From positions 11,594,001 to 11,658,000 of the forward strand of contig CP075495.1 in NCBI GenBank assembly GCA_021613535.1: 64,000 bases of DNA, given 5' to 3'. The translations under genes and the position numbers were made by a program. Each line of letters starts with the position of its first letter. Position 1 is the first letter of the stretch. Source of the DNA: Adineta vaga (Eukaryota; Animalia; Rotifera). Under the pieces are notes generated by a model. That model had not been told where the DNA came from, ran no database searches, and saw only the letters and a list, made by a program, of their open reading frames with translations. Shown one piece after another: positions 14,905 through 28,572 of this stretch.

Positions 14905-15540
14905 TTGCTCTCTGTCTCTCTTTCTCTCTCACTTCTCTAGATAAAGACTGCCAAATAAATGAATGAACAACGAAGTTAAACACAAGGAATGAGAGGGAGA
15001 AAGAGAGAGAGAGAAAGAGAAATGTGACCCAGTCAGTCAGTGATGTTGTTTCTCGTTACTGCCTGGCTCTAAGAGGAAGAATCGACAGCGAGAAAAAACG
15101 CACACACATACATGACGTATATATATATATATATATATGTGTGTATGTCTGTATGTATGTGTATGTGTGTGCATGTCTTTGCTTTCTCGTCTCGCTTCTT
15201 TTTTAAATATAAAGCGCACACGCTGCAACGGTCGTTTATGTGTGCAAGGAGCTTTGCTTTGCTTTCTATGTGTATGTGTATGTTCGTCTCCGTCTGCTGT
15301 GTATGAAATAGCGAACGATGATTGCAACAGCAGCAAAATGTGTAGAGAAAACGCGCTCGCAAGCAAAAGTGCGAGAAGCACAATAGGGGCCCTTACGATG
15401 TGCTGCATATAATAGCGTATGTAAGGAAGAAGGAAAAGGGAGGGGGTAATGGTTGGTGAAGAGAAGAATAATCATAAAGACACTACGACAGCGAAATGGT
15501 TTGCTTGTGTGTGTGTGTGTGTGTATGTGTGTGCGCGCAC
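14905..15540. repeat. Cluster of microsatellites (CT/GA, AT, GT/TG) in the divergent promoter region between the HMG and epimerase genes
   Basis: (GA)n near 14990-15020, (AT)n near 15118-15138, (TG)n near 15505-15535. Confidence 0.8.
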
Positions 15541-15891
15541 GTATATACGAAAATGTAATAGCAAAAGTAATTTTTTTTCATATATGAAGGAAAAAAAGGC
15601 AAATAAGATGAAAGTTAATTTGTTATTTAATGACAAGTTATGTTGAAGAAAAAGAAATTCTTCTTCGTTAAAAATCAAAAAGTATGTGTTTGAAAAAATG
15701 AAATTCATTATTTCGAAATAAATGTAATTGAACCATAATAACTAGAATAAAACAATCGAGATATTTCGTAATTATAATAAATGTTGTACTTAGTTTTTTT
15801 GATCTTCAAGATGAAAATATGAAATTTTAAAGATAAGAAAGTAAAAATTCAACTTATGAATTCTTTCAGATTGTATTTTGATTCGAAAAAA

Positions 15892-16940
15892 ATGTCATCG
15901 TCAGAATCATCACGATTAGTTCTAGTAACTGGTGCTGCTGGAAATATTGGCAAATATTTTGCTGAGCATGCGAATAAACAAAAATATAAACTTCGTTTAA
16001 TGGTTTTCTATCTATTAATTAAGTAATTATTCATCTGTGTAAAAATTTTCATCTATGCAGGTACACTCTACTCACGAACCAGAAAAAACTGAACCATTGA
16101 AACCATTTGGTGAAATTGTTCAAGGTGATTTAGATCAAATGAATGCACTGGATAAAGTATGCAAAGATGTTCATACAATTATTCATTTGGCTGGTGATCC
16201 GGATCCAAGCGGAACATGGGATTCATTGAGAAAAGCAAATATTGAAGGGTATAAGAAATAAATGCATTTTGTTCGATTTAATTTTTCTATTTTTCTCTAG
16301 TTTATATAATATTTTCTTAGCAGCAAAGAAGGCCGGAGTTAAACGAATGGTTTATGCTAGTTCAATTCATGCGATAACAGGTTATCCAAAAGATGTTCAA
16401 GTCAAAACCAACGAACCATCGAATCCAGGAGATCTTTACGGTGTAACAAAATGTTTTGGTGAAGCACTTTGTCGTTATATGGGTGAAAAAGAAGGTGTAC
16501 CGTCGATTGCTATTCGTATTGGAGCATTTCAAGATCATTCAGCTGCACGAAGTAAAGATTCCATTGATATGATGGATGCATGGCTATCTCAACGAGATTG
16601 TGTCCAATTACTTGAACGTTGTATTGACGCACCGGAAGATTTAAAGTTTGCTATTGTACATGGTTTATCTAATAATACATTTAACCGAATGGAAATTGAT
16701 TCCACACGACGATTACTAGGATATGATCCACAAGATAATTTCTTTGAAGAATCCGAAGCATTTAAACATTTAAGTATGACCGATGAATTAGCTGGACATA
16801 ATGTTGAGTATGTAGATTCTTTTCGATCGATTTTTAATCTATGAAATGAATTTTTCTTTTCCGCTTATAGAGATGATAGACAAAAATCTGGTTTACGAGA
16901 TAAATCATCGGAACATAAAAAGAATGAAAAGAAAAAGTGA
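15892..16940 (+). CDS. NAD-dependent epimerase/dehydratase (extended SDR, uronate dehydrogenase-like), bacterial type, 4 exons
   Basis: VLVTGAAGNIG Rossmann motif, IIHLAG, VYASSIHA, LYGVTK (YxxxK), IRIG, WLSQRDCVQL, LLGYDPQD; introns 16003-16060, 16249-16300, 16809-16870. Confidence 0.88.
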
Positions 16941-17797
16941 ATAGAAAACTTCTTATCTGCGATGAATTTATTTCTGCATACATGTGTGTATTAAAATTAG
17001 TCTGTTTTGTAATTAAGCGATAATGAATTTAATCAAGCAATTTACCTGATAATTGGAATGCCTTTGCACTGTAGTTGAGTCAGTCTTTTTTGTCACTATT
17101 GTTCTTTTTTTTATTAAAATAAATAAAAAATGATTGTATATGTTGATTAATTTCTCTTTTTGTTCGTATTTCATCGGAATGCCTTTCTCAATAGCATAAA
17201 GACATACAATGAAGAAGAATTAGTTCGTTGATAATATACATATGAATAAAATGCGGATTGAGTAAGGACGAATATTTATCAATATGATTATATGCAGAAA
17301 CGGACATCATTGAATGACACAGATGTTTGTAATACTTATATCTCGTTTCTTGGAAATAGAAAGCTCGTATATATTTCAATTGACGTCGATTAATTGGAAA
17401 AGGAATGTCTTCACAAGGATTTATAAACAGAGTAGAATATCTGATAAAAGACCAAGGACTAAAAAGTTTATTTCTATCTCTTGCTCTCTTTCTATTGATC
17501 AAAGTGTATATGGAAAGTAAAATAAATAGACAATGAAATGTAATAATGACATATCATATAAATTTCTTTGAAGATAATAATAATCGTAGCAGACGAGAAT
17601 CTTTTCTTATTCTCATCATAATTATAATAATAGAGAAATCATTTTTGTATTGATTTCTTCTCTTTTACTATTCTTGTATTTCATGTATTGAATAAAGATG
17701 CAATGCGATCCTTTCATCTGTGAATCATCAGTAAATCATATGTAGCAGAACGAAAAAAAAAGAGTATCAACAAAAACTATAATCATAACAATAAAAG

Positions 17798-17806
17798 AAA
17801 AAAAAA
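17798..17806 (-). terminator. Pol III oligo-T terminator downstream of tRNA-Ile
   Basis: Run of A on + (T on -) about 10 nt past the tRNA 3' end. Confidence 0.7.
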
Positions 17807-17814
17807 GAGAAGCT

Positions 17815-17888
17815 TGGTCCCTATGAGGATCGAACTCATGACCTCCGCGTTATTAGCACGGCGCTCTAACCAGCTGAGCTAAGGGACC
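17815..17888 (-). tRNA. tRNA-Ile (anticodon AAT)
   Basis: Reverse complement GGTCCCTTAGCTCAGCTGGTTAGAGCGCCGTGCTAATAACGCGGAGGTCATGAGTTCGATCCTCATAGGGACCA forms a cloverleaf with D loop, anticodon loop CT-AAT-AA and TTCGA T loop. Confidence 0.97.
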
Positions 17889-18335
17889 GCGTTTGTTTTC
17901 ATCGCCAAAATGAATACTTTTATGGAAAGAGAACTGTTTCGATTTGATCAAAATTTCATATGAACATATGAGATTCATTCAAAAGAAGGACATTTTATAT
18001 GTTATTTTCCATGAAAGAAATAAGATTTGTTTAAAACTCAAAGCAAATAACAGCATTATCATTCTTGTTTTGTTCTATAAATAATATTGCACCAGAATGA
18101 CATTTACTTAAAATAGCATTTCTTTGTCTATATAGTGATATTTTTATTCACTGACTATAAGTATTTGTTGTACTTTTTCTCTATACCAAAAATAACAATT
18201 TTTTTTCAAATCTTAGCTAATATCTTTATTAACTGAACTTGAAAACGTGTATATTTATCAATAGTATATACAGATTTGATCGAAAATACTACAATAAAAA
18301 GAAAACCATTTTTTTAATAACCCTAGACAAATATC

Positions 18336-19908
18336 CTAGAGATTCCATGATCGTTGCTCTTTAGTAAGAACATATTTGACACCTTCGAAAACATCTTCTT
18401 GTATCGTTGTTGGTATTTTCCATGGTTCTGTCTCCTCTTGCTTTTGTTTATCTGGATCATAAACACCAGTACAAACTAAAATTGATTCACATACTGTTGC
18501 ACTGAAATATTTTGTATCTCGTATTAAATCATATCCACTAATACTTGTTCGACTATTAATATCTTGTTGTAATAAACAATTGTACATATTTGCGCCGACA
18601 ATATCCACATCAGGATTGTCACTAGAAGAGAAAAAGAAATGTTAGTTTATCGCTTTTGAATCACATTCATTTTTTAAATCTTACCCAAAAAAATAAATAC
18701 GATCGATTTTTGATTGTCCATTAGCGAGTGCCAATTTATTAGCAACCATTTCAGCATATTGAAATGAGATTTCAAATGGTTTACCAACAAATGCTTTGTA
18801 TTTCAGATCATTTCCACTCAGATTCTATTTACAGAAGTAATATTTTTATAATAGATTTGTTTTCATTCATATAAATAAATAATTTACTTTATACAATGCT
18901 TCTAAACATGTGAGAAATGCACCATGTCCAAAGCGTGGTAAATCAGCAGCAGCTTTAAATACGAGATCTCGATTACAAGCAATGACTGGTATATGATCTC
19001 GATTATTTATTGTATCAAGAGGAACAATTGCTGGATTTCCATCAGTTAAAAGAAGATCAGTTATGACCTGTAAAGAACTTTCCCAACTGATTGGTTCACC
19101 AAGTAAAACAATAGCTATATTAAAATAACAAATTATCCGTAAGAAAGAAAATACATTAGATCTAATCATATTTACCATCAATGGGACGAAAGTTTTCATC
19201 ACGAACAAGTCCTGCGGTCTTTATAGTTTCACTCTTCAAGAAAAACCAGATATATGTATGTCGATATATGAAGAGCAAAAAACACGAAATTCTTCTTCTT
19301 TTTTCTTTCTTTAACTTACTAATTTTGCTCGATTCATATGATTAACCATATCCAATTCTGGAAATGCATCACAAACTTGTTCTATAGTTGTGATACTTTT
19401 GAAACCAAGACTATATAAGAGATCAAATAAGAATATTTCTTTTATGAAACAATTAATGACATACATTCGACCAATTTCTTCGACAGGTCCTTGTCCAGAT
19501 ATAAGAACATGTTGATTATGATACTCAGTTAAAGTACGCATTGGTGTTTGAGCAAGAACAACTTGCTCTGGATTAATCTATATATATACATATATATATA
19601 TACATATATATTCAAGACAGGCATGTTCTTTTGTAATATGAGTATTAAAATATACATACGGTGATGTCAAGCATTGATGATAATTGCTTAGCTTTGTCTG
19701 ATTCAAGTACACAAGTATTAGAAAGAAAAACCACAGGTATATTAAGTTGTATTAATGTGTGAATAGCTGGTTTTGCTACAGCAATAAAATTTGGACCTTT
19801 AGTAATAACACCATCAATATCAAAAATGCATGCGAAATTAGGCTATGAACACGAAAATATACAAATAGTAGTTCGATTCGTTTCCTTTATTTTACCTACC
19901 AGTATCAT
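18336..19908 (-). CDS. HDHD5: HAD-superfamily class IIA hydrolase, HDHD5/CECR5-like, multi-exon
   Basis: FACIFDIDGV (HAD motif I), CNRDLVF...LPRFGHGAF, VGKP, GDNPDVDIVGAN, SILVCTGVY; start Met approximate. Confidence 0.88.
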
Positions 19909-22090
19909 GTTAGTAAATATTCTACGTAGAACTTGCAATTATCTTTATAGATGCAGAAGAAAATCTGAAGTTTACTCTTTGACTAATGAATGCTTAGGTT
20001 ACACTTCTATATATGTATATATATATAGAACTTAAGAGTTCGCATATTCATTCATTAATAGTTGCATGCGCTGACTGAATGATTCTCAACCAAACAGTGG
20101 TTTGCGGGAAATACAAGGCGAAAGTTCAGCATGAAGTAAATTCATTGCTGTTCTCCTGGTAGATGTAAGCTAGTGATACATGGTAAACGTCATTCTTTCT
20201 CTTCCTCTTGATCATGCGTTCTGCGCGTGTGCGTAGCATTGCAAATCTGTTTTCTGTGAGATTCATTGAAGTAGAAGTTAGAAATTCGTCAGTATCCACA
20301 CATTCTGTGCATGATCAATCGATATCTATGAATCGAAAACAAAAAGTTTAAGCATGTCAAGTCAATATTTCAGTATCATGATATAAATATCAGAGAAAAG
20401 GTGAAACTAAATTGACAGAACATCTCCTTTTTTATGTATACTTCTGCCTTCTGTAAATGTTGTTTCATGAAAACATAACATTTGAGAAAAAGTACCCGAT
20501 AAATTAATTATATCTGAAACAACAGTGAGGTCTTTGATATTTGCCGAAGTTCAATGATATTTGCGTGTTACTTTGTTTTAGAGCATGAGTAGACTGTTGT
20601 TATTCGTGGAATTAGGATTGTCGAATATGAATATCATATACAAAGATGAGCTTTAAGTATGTGAGAAACTACTGAAAAGAGGAATTATTCTGCTTCAATA
20701 AATATCAATGAACATTTCGTATAATAATTAAAAGCGACTATTATTTCATACAGAGTTTCAATTTCTGAGAAATCTATTGAATATAATCATTATTTTGGTT
20801 TATTTTGATAAAATGATTCCGTCTGTGTTGAAGATAAGAATGACACTTCTTTTGTTTTTATACAATTGAAAAAAGGAAATCGCTTCTTATTCATAAAATT
20901 GATAAACGATGGTACTTCTTTATTCTCGGTGATAATAATCGATCAATGATGAAATCATACTCTTTAGAGATAGCATCTTGTTTTTGAATGAGAGAAAGAG
21001 AAAGATCCTAATGACGAATTCAAGTTTTATCGGAAAATGTCGACTTCTTAATTCTGATTTGCTTCGAGTTGCAGTTTTGGGTATATGCACTGTTAATACA
21101 TATAAAAAAAACTATTAGCGCATCCTGCTTTTGTTAAAAGAGACACTACGAAGTCACCGCATAGATCGACACAAAGGATAGCTATATATAACTACCAAGT
21201 CAATAATAGACTATTTAGTTTTTTCAGTCATCTGTCAAACTACTGCCATCTCTGTGTTTGAATAAGTGATCTAATCAATTTGTTAACATCGACACGAGCA
21301 AGTATTTTTCAAGTAAATATTTGCACCAGTTTTTAATAATTATGATGTTAGAAAACATCAATGTGCACATTTGTCTGTTCCGAATTGCAAGTATAAAACT
21401 TTATAGAATCAAGAATCTTACATCAAATAATTTTCTACTTATTAAAAAAAAACATTATTTGTCAATTTCTAATAAAGTATTTAATAATTTTTCATGTTTT
21501 TCTTTCGACTAAAAATAGCTGTTATGAAGTAATATACGAATAAATTATTTCACATTTAATCGAGAAAGAAAGTGTAGAAATGTACTAAATAACCCTGATA
21601 TTTCACACTCGTACATGTTTGATACCGAATAATTATTTGAAGAACGAGATGATGTTTTACTCTGTACTGTTGATCACGACACAGCTGCGTGCTTTTAAAT
21701 CTTCCAACAAAAGTATCGCCAGGCATACGATTGATTTCGAAGAACATATGATTCATGTTTGTTTTCGTTCTCCACTCTTCATGTGTTTTTCTTCGTTGCC
21801 TTCGACGTTGCACATTTTCTTTCTTTTTTTTCTTTCTGACTACAATTTCTATCGTCTATCTATTTTCTCCAGGCAACTCGTTCGCACTTTGCTGTGTAGA
21901 AAACAGCAACGTACAAAAGTACCCCGTCAACAGTAAAGAGAAGAAAAGGAAAGAAAGAGTGCAACGAGTCGTCTATTTAAGTTGATTTCACTGCTTTTTT
22001 CGTACTTCTTACATTCAATCTCCTGTATTAGTAAGTGTGACTGGTTAAACAAGAAATTTCATTATTTTATTATCGAAAATAAGTTCGCCA

Positions 22091-25000
22091 ATGGAGCAAG
22101 TAGTAAGTATTGATAGTCAATAATCTCAAAGAATATGTATTTTTGTGTTTTTTTTTAGAAATCTGCAATAAAAACAGTAACTGATAGTATCAGTGATTTA
22201 ACTGTTAAAAAAGATGAAAAAAAGGATGCTCAACATAAAGGAGTACCAATGAAAAAAACAATGCCAACACCTACAGCAGCATTAAAACAAAAAGCTTCAA
22301 AACAAATCAGTATTCGTGGTATTCCATTGGTAAAATCTTGACAATGAATTTTTTTATTTAATTAAAGACTGAAATTTTACTTTTTAGTTAGAAAACGTTC
22401 AATCTGTTAAGAAAACTTTCAATCGTCATTTACATTTTACCGTTGTTAAAGATCGTGATGTAGCTACTGAACGTGATTATTATACATCTTTAGCTTATAC
22501 TGGTTTGTTAGAAATATGAAGAGAATAGAAAAACTATACATAATACTGGATTTTTCTTTTTCTTTATAGTTCGTGATCATCTTATCGGTCGATGGATTCG
22601 CACACATCAACATCATTTTGAAACGGATGGAAAAGTAAACCATTTTCTCAATGATAATTTATCATGACGTCTTGTTTTGTCTGTTTTTAGCGTGTTTATT
22701 ATCTTTCAATGGAATTCTATATGGGACGAACATTATCGAATTGTATGATTAATTTAGGCATTGAAAATGATGTCGATGAAGCTCTTTATGAAATGGGTTT
22801 AAATATTGAAGAATTAGAAGAACTTGAAATGGATGCTGCACTTGGAAATGGTGGTCTTGGTAAATAATTATTTCTTAGAAAAATTTCATGCTTTTACTCA
22901 ATAATGTCTCTTTTAGGTCGATTAGCTGCATGTTTTCTTGATAGTATGGCAACATTAGGTCTTTCATCATATGGATACGGTCTTCGATATGATTATGGTA
23001 TTGATTTGAAATGTCTTTTGTAATGTGAATTGTAATGTATTCTTTGTTTCAAGGAATTTTCACTCAAAAAATTGAAGATGGTAACCAAATGGAATATCCT
23101 GATGATTGGCTACGATATGGAAATCCATGGGAAATTGCACGACCAGAATTTCTTCTACCTGTAAAATTTTATGGTAAAGTTATTGAAGAAGATGGAAAAA
23201 AGAAATGGGTTGATTGTGAAATTATTCAAGCTATGCCATTTGATACACCAGTAAGTTCTTTTTCATTGTTTATTTCAATGAAATCATTTCACATAACTAT
23301 GAAGTTTCATTTTATCGTCATATATATTTTAGATTCCTGGTTTTAATAATAATGTTGTCAATACACTTCGATTATGGTCAGCTAGAGCACCGGGAAAATT
23401 CAATTTTCAATTATTTAATGCAGGTGATTACATTCGTGCTGTTTCAGAACAAGTAAAACAAAACTCTCTTTGAACACTATTTTAATATTTTTTCTAGAGT
23501 TTAACTGAAAACATCACTCGTGTATTATATCCCAATGATAATGTAGGTCGTTAGAATCCAAACAATTCTATTTTTCTCATCGATTTTCATTTTTATTTCA
23601 GTTTGACGAAGGAAAAATTCTTCGATTGAAACAAGAATACTTCTTAGTTTCAGCATCATTACAAGATATTATGCGTCGTTTTAAACATTCCAAAGCTTAT
23701 GCCGATACAAATGAACCAGTTGATTTCGCACGTTTTCCTGAAAAAGCTGCTGTTCAATTGAACGATACACATCCAGCATTGTCTGTCGCCGAATTAATGC
23801 GTTTATTAATTGATCATGAAAATCTTGATTGGAATCAAGCATTTGACATTACGAAGAAAACAATTGCATATACGAATCATACATTATTACCTGAAGCACT
23901 TGAACGTTGGCCACTTAATATATTTGAAAAACTTTTACCACGACATTTAGAAATTATTACCAAAATCAATTCACATCATTTGGATGTAAGATGAACATAA
24001 GAAAACGAAAAACTGATTTTTGATAAAGGAATTTTCTTATAGCTTGTACGACAAAAATGGCCGGGAGATGAAGAACGTCTCAAACGAATGTCCGTTATTG
24101 AAGATGAACATAAAGTAAGAAAAGAATTCTCATCGAAAAACAATATTCTTGAATATATCATTCTAGGTTGTTAATATGGGTTATTTATCAATTGTTGGTT
24201 CACATGCTGTCAATGGTGTTGCTAAATTACATAGTGATCTATTAAAATCTACTTTGTAACTTTAAATACTTTGTTTAGATAGAATTCTTCTAAAATTTTT
24301 ATTTTCATCTAGATTTCGAGATTTTTATGAATTAAATCCTGAAAAATTTCAAAATAAAACCAATGGTATTACACCACGTCGTTGGATACTTTTATGTAAT
24401 CCTGATTTATCCGATGTTATTGCAAGTAAAATTGGTGAAAGTTGGATAACAAACTTATCTCAATTATCACAATTACGTAATTACGTCAATGATGAACAAT
24501 TTATTCAAGATATTCAACGTGTTAAATTAGTAAATTCAATCGAATCTTTTTAGTCATTTCAAGAAAAACAATTTTCATTCTAGGAAAATAAACAACGTCT
24601 TGTCGATATGTTTAAAACTGATTATAATGTTCAAGTTAATCCAGCATCCATGTTTGACGTACAAATTAAACGTATTCATGAATATAAACGACAATTGTTA
24701 AATTGTCTTCATGTTATTACACTTTATAATCGTATTAAAGATAATCCAAGTGCACAAACTGTTCCACGTACAGTTATTTTCGGTGGAAAGGTTAGTCGAA
24801 GAAATGAAAAATATCTTGAATCAATAATTTTTATCTTCATGATTTTAGGCTGCACCTGGTTATCTAACTGCGAAATTAAGTGAGTTAAAATATGAGAATA
24901 AGAAATGATTCATTGTATTTGTTTTTTTTTCATATAAATTTTCAGTTATTAAATTAATTTGTAATGTTGGACGTACGATTAACAATGATCCAGCAGTTGG

Positions 25001-25928
25001 TGATCGACTTAAAGTTATCTTTCTTGAAAATTATCGTGTTAGTCTTGGTATGCATAAATGATTATTAGAAATATATATATATATAGAAGAATTTGATCTT
25101 TGACTTTTTGTTTTCTTGTATAGCTGAAAAAATTATTCCAGCGATTGATTTATCTGAACAAATATCATTAGCTGGTTTAGAAGCATCAGGTACAGGTAAC
25201 ATGAAAATGATGCTTAATGGAGCATTAACTATTGGAACATTGGATGGTGCCAATGTGGAAATGGACGAAGAAGTTGGACGAGACAATATCTTCATATTTG
25301 GTATGACAGTCGATGATGTTGATGCATTACGCAAAAAAGGGTAGGAAAACATTATATTCATAGCTTTTAATACAATCAAATATCTTCCATTTTAGATATG
25401 TATCGAAAGAATTTTATGAACGTGAACCCGAATTAAAACGAGCATTAGATCAAATTCGTGATGGATTTTTTTCACCTGAAGATCCAAATCTCTTTGCTGA
25501 TATTATCAAACAGTTACTCGAATGGAATGATCAGTAAGTTAGATGTTGTATATCAAAAGTAAATCATTCTTCTCACATTAATTTTAGTTATATGTTACTT
25601 GCTGATTATGCTGAATATGTTAAAGCACAAGAACGTGTTGATCAATTATATCAAGTATATTTCTATGAAAAATTCAAAGATATAAATGACTTTTTATGCT
25701 TCTTATATTTAGAATCCAAATGAATGGACGAAAAAATGTATATTGAATATTGCTGCATCGGGAAAGTTTTCATCGGATCGAACAATTAGTGAATATGCCA
25801 AAGAAATTTGGGGTGTTACACCATCAGATAAGAAATTGCCAGGTCCAGAAGAAGGCCGTCCAGGTACAAAAGACGAAGGTGAAAAACTAGAACCAAAACA
25901 ACCACATACACGTCGACAAGATTATTAG
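22091..25928 (+). CDS. Glycogen phosphorylase, many short introns
   Basis: KQISIRGI (regulatory Ser motif), [56 protein letters not shown] (PLP Lys), FSSDRTI. Confidence 0.97.
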
Positions 25929-26165
25929 AATTGTTTGACAAACTCTAAATCGTACGTTAGAATGATTAATCAGTTTTATTAATCGCGCATTTTTATTTCA
26001 TAGTTTCTTTTTTATGTATGCGCGTCTAAACTTTTACTAGTTTTTATTTTATAAACAAGCATTTAATGACAAAGTATTTATTGTCTCTGTTCTGTATTAT
26101 TTATCTCTAAGCTTTAGAAAATATAATTGAAGAGACAAAACTTATATCTATAGATTATTTTATTC

Positions 26166-27732
26166 ATGTGGATATTTGGATACGGTTCAATTGTATGGAA
26201 ACCAGATTTTCGATATATTAATCGAATTGAAGGACATATCAAAGGTTTTATTCGACGATTTTGGCAACTATCTGAAGATCATCGTGGTGTACCAGGAAAT
26301 GTAATTAATACCCATTTATAGTTGATTTCATTGATGATCTATTTTATCATAGCCAGGACGAGTGGTTACATTGATTCCGACAAAAAATCAATCTGTAAGT
26401 TATAAACAGAATCTTCAAAAAAGATTTTAAATTTATTTTTCATGTCAAGATGAAAATTAAATGAAAAATATATAGTAAAATGATTATTTAGTCTTATTCG
26501 AGAGAATATTGTTACCATTATATATGTTGACATGAATTTTGAGGTTGGATAAGAATATCTTAATTATCTTATATTGTTACCTTCAACTGTCAACATTAAT
26601 TATCCTAATTAATTACCTAATCAAAACCTTTTTATCCAGATGAGAGCAAAATTAGAATAGATCTCTCTTTCTTTTTATCTTACCACAAGTTAGAATAGTT
26701 TAGTTTGAAAGAAAAAAAGAAAGTAATATTTCATCTTATATATTATTAACATACTTCTGGTTATGTATCATTGACGACATTGTTAAAGGCTGAATATTAC
26801 TTAATCAATTGTCTGGTTTTATTTACAAAGTTCGTTGAGTTTAGAAGCGATAGTTTATAAGATTTTTATCTCTGTCATATTAAAGACTCGATTGTCAACT
26901 TCATACGAGCGAGATTAATGAATTCACTGTGTCTATATTTATTGTTGATGGATTTTATTTTAAGAAATTCTTTTTTTCTTCCACTCGAAGGAAAATGTTC
27001 TCAGTCAAAAGGACAAAATACAATGAATGTTTTGATTTTTGAGCAATGAATCTTTTCGATGTTTTGACATTGATCGGCAGTTGTATATATTAGCATTTTT
27101 ATGAGTTAAACGGTACAAGAGAACTAAAACAAAACGAAATTCATTCGATATGTTTCTAATCTCTATTTTCTGAAGAGAAAAAAATATAAATTTAGAAATT
27201 GTTTATATTCATAATTATCTCATCGAAATATGATTCAAAAGATATAAGAAACTTGAGTAATTAAGAAAGAAGAAAAACCAAATACGTCATTGAAATTTTT
27301 ATAAATCGCATAACAGATGAAAAGTGTTTTTCTTCTCATCCCTTGTTCTACTTTTCTATCCTTTAGGATTGTGTGTATGGTGCTGCTTATGAAATTTCAA
27401 ATGAAGATGAAATTAGCGTACGACACGTACTTGATGTACGTGAAAAAGATGGTTATACAATTATCGAAACAGTATTCTATCCAAATAATAATGCAGAAAA
27501 AGAAAGAACTTGTTATACATATATGGCTCAATCTAATAATCCATTTTGGGGTGGTGATGCACCGATCGATCAAATTGCAAAACAAATTGCACAAGCACAT
27601 GGACCAAGTGGCTCAAATCGGGAATATTTATTTAAATTAGTAGATGCGATACGAATGATAACATCATTACCTGATGAACATCTCTTTGCATTGGATCAGT
27701 TAGTGAAGGATCATTTAGCGAAGGATGAATAG
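26166..27732 (+). CDS. Glutathione-specific gamma-glutamylcyclotransferase ChaC (CHAC2-like), 3 exons with a ~970 nt second intron
   Basis: [13 protein letters not shown]...[16 protein letters not shown]|PGRVVTL|...LDVREKDGY...[13 protein letters not shown]. Confidence 0.93.
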
Positions 27733-28572
27733 TATAGAAGACGATGTTGATGTCTCTCATCTTTTTTTCTGTTTTGTCTGAGTAATATTTTTTAATAGCA
27801 ATAAACATTCCTTCTTTATTTTTTTTTATATCTATCTTATCAAAAAAGAAAAAGAAAAGTGCATTAGATGAAAGAAGTTCATGAATGAAAATATAATGCC
27901 GTTAAAATCTCGGTTTTAAATACATAGAAGACTGAAAAGAAAAAGACGAGAAAAGCTGACATAACAAATTTCATGATGCGTATTTAACTTTTACTGGAAG
28001 TAAAGATATGCGTTGAGTCGCCAATAGAGAACGAGATATATGAATAAAAGGAAACGAAAAATTATAATTATCATCATCATTATCTTTTCAAAATACTTAG
28101 TAACTGAAAGAAAAGAAATGAAGAAGAAGAAGAAGAAGACGACGAAGAAGAAGAAAAAGAGAAAGATGAAAACATGATAGAAAAGAAGGAAATAGCACGA
28201 TACTGCAAAGAAAAGATGAGCGTTTGCACCATCAACAACTCAACACTCTATCATTACGTTCAATTACTATAATTGTATATCAAAACAGAGAATCATTTTT
28301 CAACGACAACCAGGTAAACATTTCATAAACGAACTTGATGGGCGTCACTTAATAGAAGAGGTTTTCTTTACCTACTCATTTTCGTCTACAAATGCCAAGA
28401 TAAATATTGATTCAATAATTACTAATGAGAATTTTACATCTGTAGACGACTTTGTTCCGGTCCATGAATTAATAAAACATACTAACTCTATAAATAAACA
28501 TATAGCTTTAATATATTTACCATGTCAAATCTGATTGACAAGTGTTTCCTCTTTGTTTAGATTCTAATCAAC

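Noticed and set aside
15024-15708. Many overlapping ORFs in the ORF track
   Set aside because: They are translations of TG/AT/CA microsatellites (CVCV, HTHT, YIYI) with no coding signal
17188-17520. 104 aa and 68 aa ORFs between the SDR gene and the tRNA
   Set aside because: No recognisable motif or convincing splice partners; the longer one has a non-ATG start
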